Assembly (NCBI GenBank): GCA_963734495.1 | Contig: CAVTHK010000009.1 | Location: 320,001 to 384,000, forward strand | Reading direction: 5' to 3' | Length of the DNA stretch: 64,000 nt | Source: an uncultured Spirochaetota bacterium | Lineage (GTDB): Bacteria > Spirochaetota > Spirochaetia > SZUA-6 > CAVTHK01 | Shown here: in pieces, positions 49,515 to 57,775 of the stretch | Position numbering within the stretch: the first letter of the stretch is position 1 | Layout: each line of letters starts with the position of its first letter | Translations under genes and position numbers: made by a program | The notes under the pieces: generated by a model | Seen by the model: only the letters and a program-made list of their open reading frames with translations | What the model was told of the DNA's origin: nothing | Databases searched by the model: none

Positions 49515-51895
49515 GCTCGGAAGCTTCCGCGGCGGCGCCCGCGCGGGCGGTGAGCGGCGCGCGCCTCTCGCGCGCCATGAGCTTCAACATCGCGGGCGGC
49601 GTGATGGCGCAGGCCTGGTTCGCCGTCTGCGGGCCCCAGCAGATCTTCAACGTCTTCTTCAAGAACCACCTGCACGCCTCCGCGTTCACGCTCGGCCTCC
49701 TGGTGGCGCTGCTGTCCTTTTCCTCCGCCTTCAGCCTCCTCGCGGTGCTCATGTTCACCAGGCCCCGCCGGCGCAAGCCCATCTGGATCGCGGCCCACCT
49801 CGCCGCCCGCTCGATCGGCTTCGTGCTGGCGGCGGCTTCGCTTCTGGAGATGCGCACCGGCGACAAGCCTCTCGCGATCCGCGTGATCCTGCTCTCGATG
49901 TCCGTGGCGTGGTCGCTCATGAACGCGGCCGGCCCCGGCTGGTGGGCCTGGATCGCCGACCTGATCCCGGAATCCAAGCGCGCGACGTTCTTCGGCCGCC
50001 GCTCGGCGATCATCTTCGCCCTGAACATGTCCTGGATCTTCCTCGTCACCGTCTTCCTCGACGGAGCCCGGCGGCCCGCGCTCGCCTACGCGGCCGCGTT
50101 CGCGGTCTCGGGCGTGTTCGGGGTCGGAGACATCCTGCTGCACATCTGGATTCCCGACCCGGCGCGGCTCGGCCCCCGGCCCGGCGCGCCGGGAGGGCCC
50201 GCGCCCGACAGGCCCGCCCGCATGTCGCTCGCCGTCTTCTTCGAGCCGCTGCGCAGCCCGCAGTTCGTGCGCTTCTCCCTGGCGGTGGGCCTCGCGATGC
50301 TGTCGATCAACGTGCTCGCCCCGTTCATCCCGCCGTACATCACGGACCCCGCGACGGTCGGGGCGCCCTACACCTGGCTGGGCATCATGACCGTCATCTC
50401 GCAGCTCGCGTGGGTCGGCTCCGTGCGGACGTGGGGCGTCCTCATGGACCGGTTCGGCCGCAAGCCCGTGGTGGCCCTCTGCAGCCTCTTCCCCATCGCC
50501 TGGTTCGCGTACCTGGCCGTGGGCCCGCGCACGTACGTCGTGCTGCTGCCTCTGATCTCGCTCGCCGGCGGCGTGCTCGCCCCCGGCTTCTACGAGGGGG
50601 TCAACCAGCTCATGCTGAGCCTGACCCCCAACGAGAACCGCACGACGTACGTGGCGTGGTACGTTGCGATCATCGGCGTCATAGGCGCGCTCGGCTCGCT
50701 GCTCGGAGGCGCGCTCGCGTCCAACACGGTGATGCTCGACCCGCTGCCCGGTGAGCCGTTCCACGCGGTCGTGGTGGTGGCCGAGGTGCTCACGGTCCTG
50801 AGCTTCCTCGTGCTCACCCGCATCGACGAGGGGCGGAAGACTTCGACCTTCGACATCGTCACGCGCCTCGCGACGCCGAACGTGGTGCGCAACCTCGTGA
50901 ACATGAGCATCATCGGAGGCGCCGAGGAGGCGGGGCGGGCGGCGCGGGCGCTGCGCACCGTCGAGGGGGCGGAGAGCGACGTCGCCATCGACGACATCGT
51001 CGGGCGGCTCTCGGACCCCGACCGGGAGGTGCGCGAGGAGGCGGCGCGCGCCCTCGGCCGCATCGGCAGCGGGGAGTCTTTCGACGCCCTGGTCGCGCAG
51101 CTGCGCGACGGGGAGTCCTCGATCAGGCCGGAGGCGGCGCACGCCCTCGGCCATGTCGGCGACCCGCGCGCGGTCACCTGGCTCCTGCAGGCGCTTCAGG
51201 ATCCGTCGGTGGAGCTGCAGGAGGCGGCCGCCGAAGCGCTCGGCGACCTGGGCAGCCGCGAGTCGGCGCAGACGCTGCTCGCGATGCTCCGCGGCAACCA
51301 GGCCACGGAACGGGTCAAGGCGCAGGGCGCCGAGGCGCTGTCGCAGCTCGGCGCGGTGGAGGCCGTCTGGGAGATCGTCCCCCTGCTGCACCGCACGTCC
51401 AACGCGGTGCTCAGACGGCAGCTCGCCATCGCGCTCGCCAACCTCTTCGGCCGCACGGGAGAGTTCTACCGTTACGTGACGGGGGAATCCGCGCGCGCCG
51501 AGGCGCGCGGCGAGCGCCTCGCGGGCGAGGCCGAGCGGTCACTCCGCCGGCTGGTGCGCGACGTCTCGCCGGACGCGAAGTCGCAGATCCTGCGGCGCTT
51601 CGCGGAAGCGCGCGAGGCCTTCGACGCGGGAGACAGCCTGCGGGCCCTCGGCTGCGTCCGCGACCTGCTGTTCGTGCTCGCGCTGTTCCGGCACGAGATC
51701 GCGCCTCCGGCGGGCGAGGGTGCTGCCGCCTGGGCGGTCGGGCGCGATCAGCGCCTGGCCGTCGCGCTCTGGGTGCTCGGCGAGGCGCTCGCGGCGCAGG
51801 GCAGCGCCGTGCAGAAGATCGACGCGCTGCTCGCGTTCTACCTGCTGAGGTACCTCCCGGGGCCGGCCCGCGCTCAGAGCCGGCCGCAGGCGTGA
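49511..51895 (+). CDS. MFS transporter fused to a C-terminal HEAT-repeat domain
   Basis: Multiple TM segments with motif A (DRFGRKP), then repeats VREEAARALGRIG, IRPEAAHALG, LQEAAAEALGDLG. Confidence 0.85.
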   Translation: MSSEASAAAPARAVSGARLSRAMSFNIAGGVMAQAWFAVCGPQQIFNVFFKNHLHASAFTLGLLVALLSFSSAFSLLAVLMFTRPRRRKPIWIAAHLAARSIGFVLAAASLLEMRTGDKPLAIRVILLSMSVAWSLMNAAGPGWWAWIADLIPESKRATFFGRRSAIIFALNMSWIFLVTVFLDGARRPALAYAAAFAVSGVFGVGDILLHIWIPDPARLGPRPGAPGGPAPDRPARMSLAVFFEPLRSPQFVRFSLAVGLAMLSINVLAPFIPPYITDPATVGAPYTWLGIMTVISQLAWVGSVRTWGVLMDRFGRKPVVALCSLFPIAWFAYLAVGPRTYVVLLPLISLAGGVLAPGFYEGVNQLMLSLTPNENRTTYVAWYVAIIGVIGALGSLLGGALASNTVMLDPLPGEPFHAVVVVAEVLTVLSFLVLTRIDEGRKTSTFDIVTRLATPNVVRNLVNMSIIGGAEEAGRAARALRTVEGAESDVAIDDIVGRLSDPDREVREEAARALGRIGSGESFDALVAQLRDGESSIRPEAAHALGHVGDPRAVTWLLQALQDPSVELQEAAAEALGDLGSRESAQTLLAMLRGNQATERVKAQGAEALSQLGAVEAVWEIVPLLHRTSNAVLRRQLAIALANLFGRTGEFYRYVTGESARAEARGERLAGEAERSLRRLVRDVSPDAKSQILRRFAEAREAFDAGDSLRALGCVRDLLFVLALFRHEIAPPAGEGAAAWAVGRDQRLAVALWVLGEALAAQGSAVQKIDALLAFYLLRYLPGPARAQSRPQA

Positions 51896-51970
51896 GCGGG
51901 CGCAGCCGCGGGCGGGCGCCGGGAGCGGGCGGGCAGCTTCGCGCGGGGCTCCGTGACGGGGGCGCAGGTC

Positions 51971-53456
51971 TCAGGTGACCAGCGTCAGGGCGGCGAGCCC
52001 GACGAACACGACGGCGAGAGCGAGCTTCACGGTCCCGATGTGCGCCTGCGCGGCCCGCGTGAGCGTCCGCGAGCTCACGCCGCGCCAGGCGAGGACGAAC
52101 ACGACGGCAAGCGGCAGCACGAAGGCCACGTTGTAGATCGCGAGCAGCAGGTAGGCGGCGAGCCCGCCTTCGGTGCGCACCAGCCAGGCCACTGCGGGGA
52201 AGTAGACCTGGCCCGTGCAGGCCAGCTCGAACAGCGACACCACGGCGCCGAGGACGAGCGAGCCCCCGACGATCGCGCCCGAGCGCGCGTTGTCGAGGAT
52301 CGTGCGCTGCATCCTGCGCTTGATCGGCTCGGGCAGTCGCAGCGCCATCTCGGCCGCGCGGCCGCTGCGCGCGAGCGCGAAGTCGCGCAGGCTCAGGGCC
52401 GCGAGCGCGAGCAGCACGGCGACCAGTACCCACCGCAGGGCGACCGCGACTCTCGGGAACGACGCCGCGGCGCGCAGCGAATGGAACAGGCCGAGGCCCA
52501 CGGCAAAGTACGCGGCGAAGACGGCAAAGGTGAAGGCCGACCCCGCGAGCAGGATCTCCGCGCGGCGGCGGCCCGCGAGCACGAGCGAGGTGAGCAGGAA
52601 GATGATGGTCGTAAAGGCGCACGGGTTCACGCCGTCGACCAGGCCCGCGGCGAACAGCGCCGCCGGCGCGAGCCGCCGCGCGATCCCCGGCAGCCGGGGC
52701 AGGGGCGGGGGCGACGGCGCCCGCCGCCGCGCCGCCGCGCGCGGCCAGCGCCGCCTCCATCCCGCTTTCGATCTCCGCCTCGCCCGAGAGCACGCGGCCG
52801 CCGACGATTGCGGCGGGCAGGGCCGGCGGGCCGGACGAGCCCGCCGCGGCCGAGAGCTCCTCGAAGACCGCGGGCTCCAGCACGTTCCTGCGGGCGATGG
52901 CGACCGGCCCGCCGGGCCGGCCCGAGAGGCGCGCCTCGAGCCGCGCGATCATCCGCTCGCAGCTGCGGCATCCCGGGGCGTAGTAGAGGAGGACCGCGCC
53001 GCCCGCCCCGGCGTCGGAGAGGCCGGCGTTGGGCGAAGGCGGGGCGGCCGGGGCGGGCTGCGGGCTCGCAGGCGGGTTCACCATGCCCGTGACCCGGTAG
53101 AGCCAGCTCGTCCCGCCGCCCGGCGCGGGCGAGGACGGCGCCGAGCGCACCACGAAGTAGACGTCGACCTTGCCGGGCTCTTCGGGCGTGTAGCGAAGCT
53201 CGACCGCCTCCTCGGCCCCGGCCGCGAGCTCGAAGCGCGACGGGACCGCCTCCAGGCAGCCGCAGGTGCTCACGAGCGAGACGGCGATCGTCGTGCTCTC
53301 CGGGTTGGCCGCCCTGATGATGCGCGTGACCATGCCGCCGATCTCGATCCGGCCGAGGTTCCAGTCGGCCGGCGTGAGCGTCGCCTGGGCCGCGGACGGC
53401 CGGGCCGCGAGCAGGGCGAGAGCCGCGGCTGCGATCGTTACGACGGGGGAGCGCAT
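51971..53456 (-). CDS. Exported Ig-like (DUF1573-type) + CxxC thioredoxin-like + CcdA/DsbD-like membrane protein (frameshift near 52680)
   Basis: STCGC, YYAPGCRSC, then DGVNPCAF and FELACTGQVY. Confidence 0.8.
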
Positions 53457-53462
53457 GAGGCT

Positions 53463-54074
53463 TCAGTTCAGCGAGGGCTTGAAGCCGGTCTCGGCCACGA
53501 TCTTGTGGATGCCGCCCAGCTCGCCGAGCGCCTCTTTCCATCCTTCCTCGGGGTTGGGGTGGAAGATGTGCTTGGCCGCCGCGGGCCGCACCACCCAGGA
53601 GTTGCGCTCGAGCTCCGACTCGAGCTGGCCCGGCGCCCATCCCGAGTAGCCGGCGTAGAGCCGTATCGGAGGACGGGAGCGCTCCTCGAGAGCGGACCAC
53701 GTGTCCACGAGGAAGCCGGTCAGCGAAGAGACCAGCGGCTCGAAGAGCACGTTCTCCACGGGCGCGGAGGCATGCGGGCTGCGCACGTCCTCGGGCAGTC
53801 CCGAGTGCAGGCAGAAGAGGAACTGCGGCTGGACCGGGCCGCCGTAGAACAGAGGCACGCTCGCGGCCGCCGTCGAGGCGAGATCGGGCACGGCTTCGCC
53901 GAGAGTCACGGGCAGCTTCCGGTTGACCACGAGCCCGAAGGCGCCGTCGGCGTTGTGATTGATGATCAGCACCACGGTCCTGTGGAAGTTGGGGTCCGCC
54001 AGATCAGCTTCGGAGATCAGGAAGTGGCCTTCGAGCCACCTCGGGCTTTTGTCGCCCGCTTCCTTGCGAGCCAT
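53463..54074 (-). CDS. YqgE/AlgH (DUF179) family protein
   Basis: DPNFHRTVV, GAFGLVVNR, GGPV, GYSGWAPGQLESE...W. Confidence 0.92.
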   Translation of the reverse strand: MARKEAGDKSPRWLEGHFLISEADLADPNFHRTVVLIINHNADGAFGLVVNRKLPVTLGEAVPDLASTAAASVPLFYGGPVQPQFLFCLHSGLPEDVRSPHASAPVENVLFEPLVSSLTGFLVDTWSALEERSRPPIRLYAGYSGWAPGQLESELERNSWVVRPAAAKHIFHPNPEEGWKEALGELGGIHKIVAETGFKPSLN

Positions 54075-54259
54075 GGGTCCAGTGTATTGAGGCCGCGAAC
54101 GAGGGGCAAGCGGGGCGGCCGCGAACGGGCTCGGGGTCGCGTGCCTCGGGGTTCCGTCCTCGGCGCCGCCTTTCGCCGACCGCGATCGGCTTCGCACGCC
54201 CCGCCTCGGACTCTCAGACTGCGGCCGTTCACCTGGGTGAGACCGGGCACAGCCACCAC

Positions 54260-55858
54260 TCACAACACATCATCCTTGCCGCGGAACGCCTTTCTTGCGA
54301 AGCCCAAGAGGCGGCCGATTATCCCCTTCTTCCGATACAGAGCCGCGTAGTACGCCAGCCTGTTGGCTTCCTCCGCTCTACGGCCGGCCTCGATCTGTTG
54401 CGGTGACCATTTGAGCGACCACACGACCGCTCCTCGACGAATGAGGTAGTGTGACTTGCACGCCAGCTGCCAGTTGCCTATGGACGGCCGCACTGTAGGC
54501 CCCTCAACCGTTTCCTCAATAGACCATTCTGTCGGCCCCATAGGCGTCTTGACCTTGCATCCGCATCCGCAGGGACAAAGATGCATGGCGATGTCGAACT
54601 CCTCGGCGACGTACAGTACCCTGGGTTCGAGCACCGCCGGCATGTATTGGACGCGCTGCAAACGGAATCTGATCGGATCTTGAGGGGAGCCGACGGTCCT
54701 CATGTCGCCGATGTCGAACAGGACGTTGAAATACGGGACCTCCTCCAGGTAGAACCCGCGTGCCTGCTTGAACCTCATCACCGCTAGGCAAGCGTTGAGC
54801 GCGTTGAGCTCGCTGATTTGAATATTGCTTCGATATAGGTCGTCTGGGCTGTCGGAGAGCTCCGCGAGTTTCATGTCTCTCACGTTTCGACCGTCCGGCG
54901 ATGAATAGTATGTGGTCCGCAACATACCAGCGAGAGCCGCGCCCTGGCGCCTCAGACCCATTCCGACGTCTACAAAGGGTATTCCCTGCGAAAGCAGCAA
55001 GTCGAACACGGCGGCCCTCGAGGAGCCCTTGTCCACGCACACGAACGCGAACGTTACACCTGCGACATCCTCAGCGGAGGAGGCATCGATCAACCGCGGC
55101 ACAGCAATCAACCCGTTTCGGAAGTTGTCGTAGCGACGTCGGTAGACCTCCGCCTTCGGTTTGCCAAGTTCCCTTGCATCAAGCCTTCCGGGCGAGCGAA
55201 AGGCGTTGTGAACGTGATAGGCATCCAGATCGAATACGCGTATTTCTCGCACCGGCGTCTTCACGAGGAAGTCCAGAACATAAGAGCCCGTACCGCCGAG
55301 TCCGATCACTGCGATCACGTCGTCTTTGAAGAGCGCCGACAGATCCGATATTCCTGCTCTGCTGGTGAGAGTGTCCTGGAACTTGAACACGGAATCCGCT
55401 GCATGGTCGCCGAACGCTCGGTACGTGTAGGGAGTCGCGGCATACCGTTCCATCGCTGGGCCACAGATGATTGCGACGTAGCTTTCTATCTTCTCAAAGA
55501 AGTCCGCGAACTTCCCTTCGGTCCTCGGCTTGTTGGAGAACGATCTCTGGACCACAACGTCGGCGCTTGCGCCGCTCATGGGAAGTTGAGTGGCACCGCC
55601 CCCGAGGTTCGGGATGGGCTTGCCGTCGAGGCCGAAGGGAACCGATCCCGCGAAGTAAACTTGATGGTCGTCCTGGGCAACGTGCACTTGGTCTACGAAA
55701 ACGAGTTTCGCGACAAGCGCCCCGGTCTGCAGCTCGCCCTTTTCGTTCAGGTACGGGATGTCACGAACGACAAGGTATCCGGCGTCGATCGACACCGCAT
55801 ACCCCTTCTCCACCATGCGCCTAATGTCATCGTTATGACTGACCAGTCGCTGAAACAC
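54260..55858 (-). CDS. DUF6791-like + ThiF/E1 + DUF6527-like fusion protein of a Bub-type ubiquitination-like system
   Basis: N-terminal LVVRDIPY...DHQVYFAG...FSNKP, E1 core VIGLGGTGSY/HNAFRSPG/FVCVD/DVGMG/NIQISELNALNA, C-terminal HLCPCGCG...PSIGNW...CKSHY. GTG start at 55858. Confidence 0.85.
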   Translation of the reverse strand: MFQRLVSHNDDIRRMVEKGYAVSIDAGYLVVRDIPYLNEKGELQTGALVAKLVFVDQVHVAQDDHQVYFAGSVPFGLDGKPIPNLGGGATQLPMSGASADVVVQRSFSNKPRTEGKFADFFEKIESYVAIICGPAMERYAATPYTYRAFGDHAADSVFKFQDTLTSRAGISDLSALFKDDVIAVIGLGGTGSYVLDFLVKTPVREIRVFDLDAYHVHNAFRSPGRLDARELGKPKAEVYRRRYDNFRNGLIAVPRLIDASSAEDVAGVTFAFVCVDKGSSRAAVFDLLLSQGIPFVDVGMGLRRQGAALAGMLRTTYYSSPDGRNVRDMKLAELSDSPDDLYRSNIQISELNALNACLAVMRFKQARGFYLEEVPYFNVLFDIGDMRTVGSPQDPIRFRLQRVQYMPAVLEPRVLYVAEEFDIAMHLCPCGCGCKVKTPMGPTEWSIEETVEGPTVRPSIGNWQLACKSHYLIRRGAVVWSLKWSPQQIEAGRRAEEANRLAYYAALYRKKGIIGRLLGFARKAFRGKDDVL

Positions 55859-56084
55859 TGAACACCATTCCATCCTTGACCCTGACCGATCCATCCGGAG
55901 GGAGGATCCCTTCAGGCCTGTGCCCATGGCCCTTTTTGTACTTCACTGAGTAGGTGATCTCGGGGTGTTGCGCGTAGTCTGGCACGTCAAGGGTCAGTAC
56001 CTCGGCGTAGGTGATTTCGCCCTTCGTCCACTCGTGCGGAGTCCCATTGACGATGATCGTTATTGCTTTGATCACATGAACCAT
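55833..56084 (-). CDS. Ubiquitin-like (multi-ubiquitin family) protein, single beta-grasp domain
   Basis: ITIIVNG...ITYAEVLTL...YSVKY...GSVRVKDGMVFSVSATGQS. Overlaps the E1 fusion start by 26 nt. SD AGAAGGGGG. Confidence 0.85.
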   Translation of the reverse strand: MVHVIKAITIIVNGTPHEWTKGEITYAEVLTLDVPDYAQHPEITYSVKYKKGHGHRPEGILPPDGSVRVKDGMVFSVSATGQS

Positions 56085-56109
56085 TTGCATTCCCCCTTCT
56101 CTCGTAGCG

Positions 56110-56352
56110 CTACCGCTTGTCTCGCGGCGGAAACGGGTCGTTGCCTGGGGCTACGGTGTTCTTGTCCCTGAACCGACCGTCACGCCCCTGGATGGTGAGC
56201 TCGCCTCCGCCGGCGGTCTTCAGATTCTCGCGAGCGGCTCGAATAGCCGCACCCTGCGTCGGGTAGATGCGCTCGGCCCTCTCCGCGCCCACGCGTGCGT
56301 TCGCCCATCCCGTTCCCGACTTGTACACCAGTCGATCCTGCGGTTTGCTCAT
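56110..56352 (-). CDS. DUF2188 family protein
   Basis: W...RA...TQGAAIRAARE...GELTIQGRDGRFRDKNT..GNDPFPPRD. Confidence 0.88.
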   Translation of the reverse strand: MSKPQDRLVYKSGTGWANARVGAERAERIYPTQGAAIRAARENLKTAGGGELTIQGRDGRFRDKNTVAPGNDPFPPRDKR

Positions 56353-56399
56353 CCCGCCTCCTTTCAGGCCGTTGCCTGCGGAATCTCCAGCATGGGACC

Positions 56400-56489
56400 A
56401 ATATATAGCTGTTAGGTAATAGAGTCAAGAAACAAATCGTTTACTATTTGTATTTCTCTATTGCACAATACAAGCTGGTGTAGTACGTT
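56400..56489. promoter_or_regulatory. Back-to-back sigma70 promoters with a palindromic operator
   Basis: Minus strand TTGACT-17-TATATT (56428-56400). Plus strand TTGCAC-17-TACGTT (56461-56489). Palindromes TATTG-CA-CAATA and TTGTATT-N12-AATACAA. Confidence 0.65.
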
Positions 56490-56532
56490 ATATCCATAGA
56501 GCGCAAGAATCATTCAGGGAGGGAGAGCACCA

Positions 56533-57665
56533 ATGGCCGCAACCGACATTGGCAATAACACTCGGCGCCATATGAAGATACGTGGCTTTACTGTCCCTGC
56601 GTTGGCGAAGAAGTCTGGCATCGGCACCGCGACTCTGTCGAACATCCTGAACGGCAAATCGGAACCCAAGTCCTCTACCCTCATCGGTATAGCAGCGGCA
56701 CTTAGTGTGCCCGTCGTGGAGCTGGTCGCCGACTCGCCTGTCCTCAAGTCACTTCGCTTCAGAACTGCGAAGACTCTGAGCGGTAGGGAGAAAGCGGAAC
56801 GAGAACAACTCAAGCATGACACCGCGCTATGGTTGGCCAACTACAGCTTCCTGAGAGGCAATTGGGCGTGTATCAGGAATTCCGCCTCGGTGAAATCGGC
56901 GGAAAGGACCCAGAGCAGGCGGCAATCTCCGTCAGGCAAGCGCTGGACGTTCGGTCACCGGCAATTGCTGATCTCCCGCAACTAATGGAACAAGCCGGCA
57001 TCAAACTGAGAATCCGGAGGTTTGGCTTCAGGAAGACCTTCGGCATATCGGTGGGCGAGAACGATGGCGGACCCGCAATCGTGGTGAACTCGGAGCAAGG
57101 GATTCCGGTCGAACGGCAGCTGTTCAGCGTCGCGCATGAGCTCGGCCACCTTGTTCTTCACAAGAGCTCTTACGACCAGAGCAAGGTCGATGAGAACGAT
57201 GAAGAAGAGCGTGCAGCGAACCTCTTTGCGGGCCAGTTCTTGATACCCGACGAAGGCCTAGACAAATCGTGGGAGGATTCCAGAGGACTCCACTGGGTGG
57301 ACAGCGTCCTGGTCATAAAGAAGCATTTCAAAGTGAGCTACATGACCGTGCTCGTACGGCTCGCCCAGCGCTTGGCGAGGCCGGACCTTGACCTGGGAAC
57401 CCTGATCGCTCGATTCAGAATGGAATATGCGGATCGCCACGGCCATCAGCTGAAGGGCCACTACGAACCGGATCCCATTACCGGTCCAGTCGCGGATGAT
57501 GATCCCAGACACCTCGACGAGACCGATTTCGTAGAGGACCGGTTTGCCAGGCTCGTGCGGCAGGCGTTCGAGAAGGAGATCATTTCAATTGGACGAGCCG
57601 GCGAAATGCTGGGACACTCACTCGAAGAGATGCGCGCCTTGGCAAGGGCTTGGCAGGAGGTATAG
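56533..57665 (+). CDS. XRE HTH + ImmA/IrrE zinc metallopeptidase fusion (indel near 56853)
   Basis: LAKKSGIG.ATLSNILNGKSEP, then RQLFSVAHELGH (HExxH) and EERAANLFAGQFLIP. Confidence 0.92.
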
Positions 57666-57670
57666 CTGCT

Positions 57671-57775
57671 TTGTCTGCCATCGCGCGAAAGGCGGCGATA
57701 TGCGACGCAAATGTGCTCATCGATTTCGTCAAGGCGGACGAAGGTATCTTGGCGATGCTCGCCGGCTATTCCGAG
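57671..57775 (+). CDS. PIN domain protein, N-terminal fragment cut at the junction
   Basis: AAICDANVLIDF directly after the XRE-ImmA gene. Similarity stops at about 57775. Confidence 0.7.

Larger units (their letters stand above)
54190..57775. mobile_element. Lower-GC accessory/defence island; right end lost at the junction
   Basis: Clear drop in GC and loss of the backbone codon bias after yqgE. Content is Ubl conjugation, XRE-ImmA and PIN genes. No integrase is visible. Confidence 0.6.

Noticed and set aside
54090-54260. tRNA or att site at the left border of the island
   Set aside because: No cloverleaf, T-loop motif or direct repeat could be recognised by eye. A tRNAscan/ARAGORN run would settle it.
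300-54350. Numerous long overlapping or antisense ORFs (e.g. 300-1364, 9405-11762, 40040-42544, 44920-47583, 52215-54350)
   Set aside because: These are shadow frames of high-GC genes with Arg/Pro/Ala-rich nonsense translations and no motifs.
54260-55927. Longer start for the E1 fusion at 55927
   Set aside because: It overlaps the Ubl gene extensively. GTG 55858 gives a more plausible N-terminus.
54260-56090. CBASS or Bil assignment for the E1 locus
   Set aside because: No CD-NTase and no JAB gene in the island. The domain set matches the DUF6791/DUF6527 (Bub-type) class.
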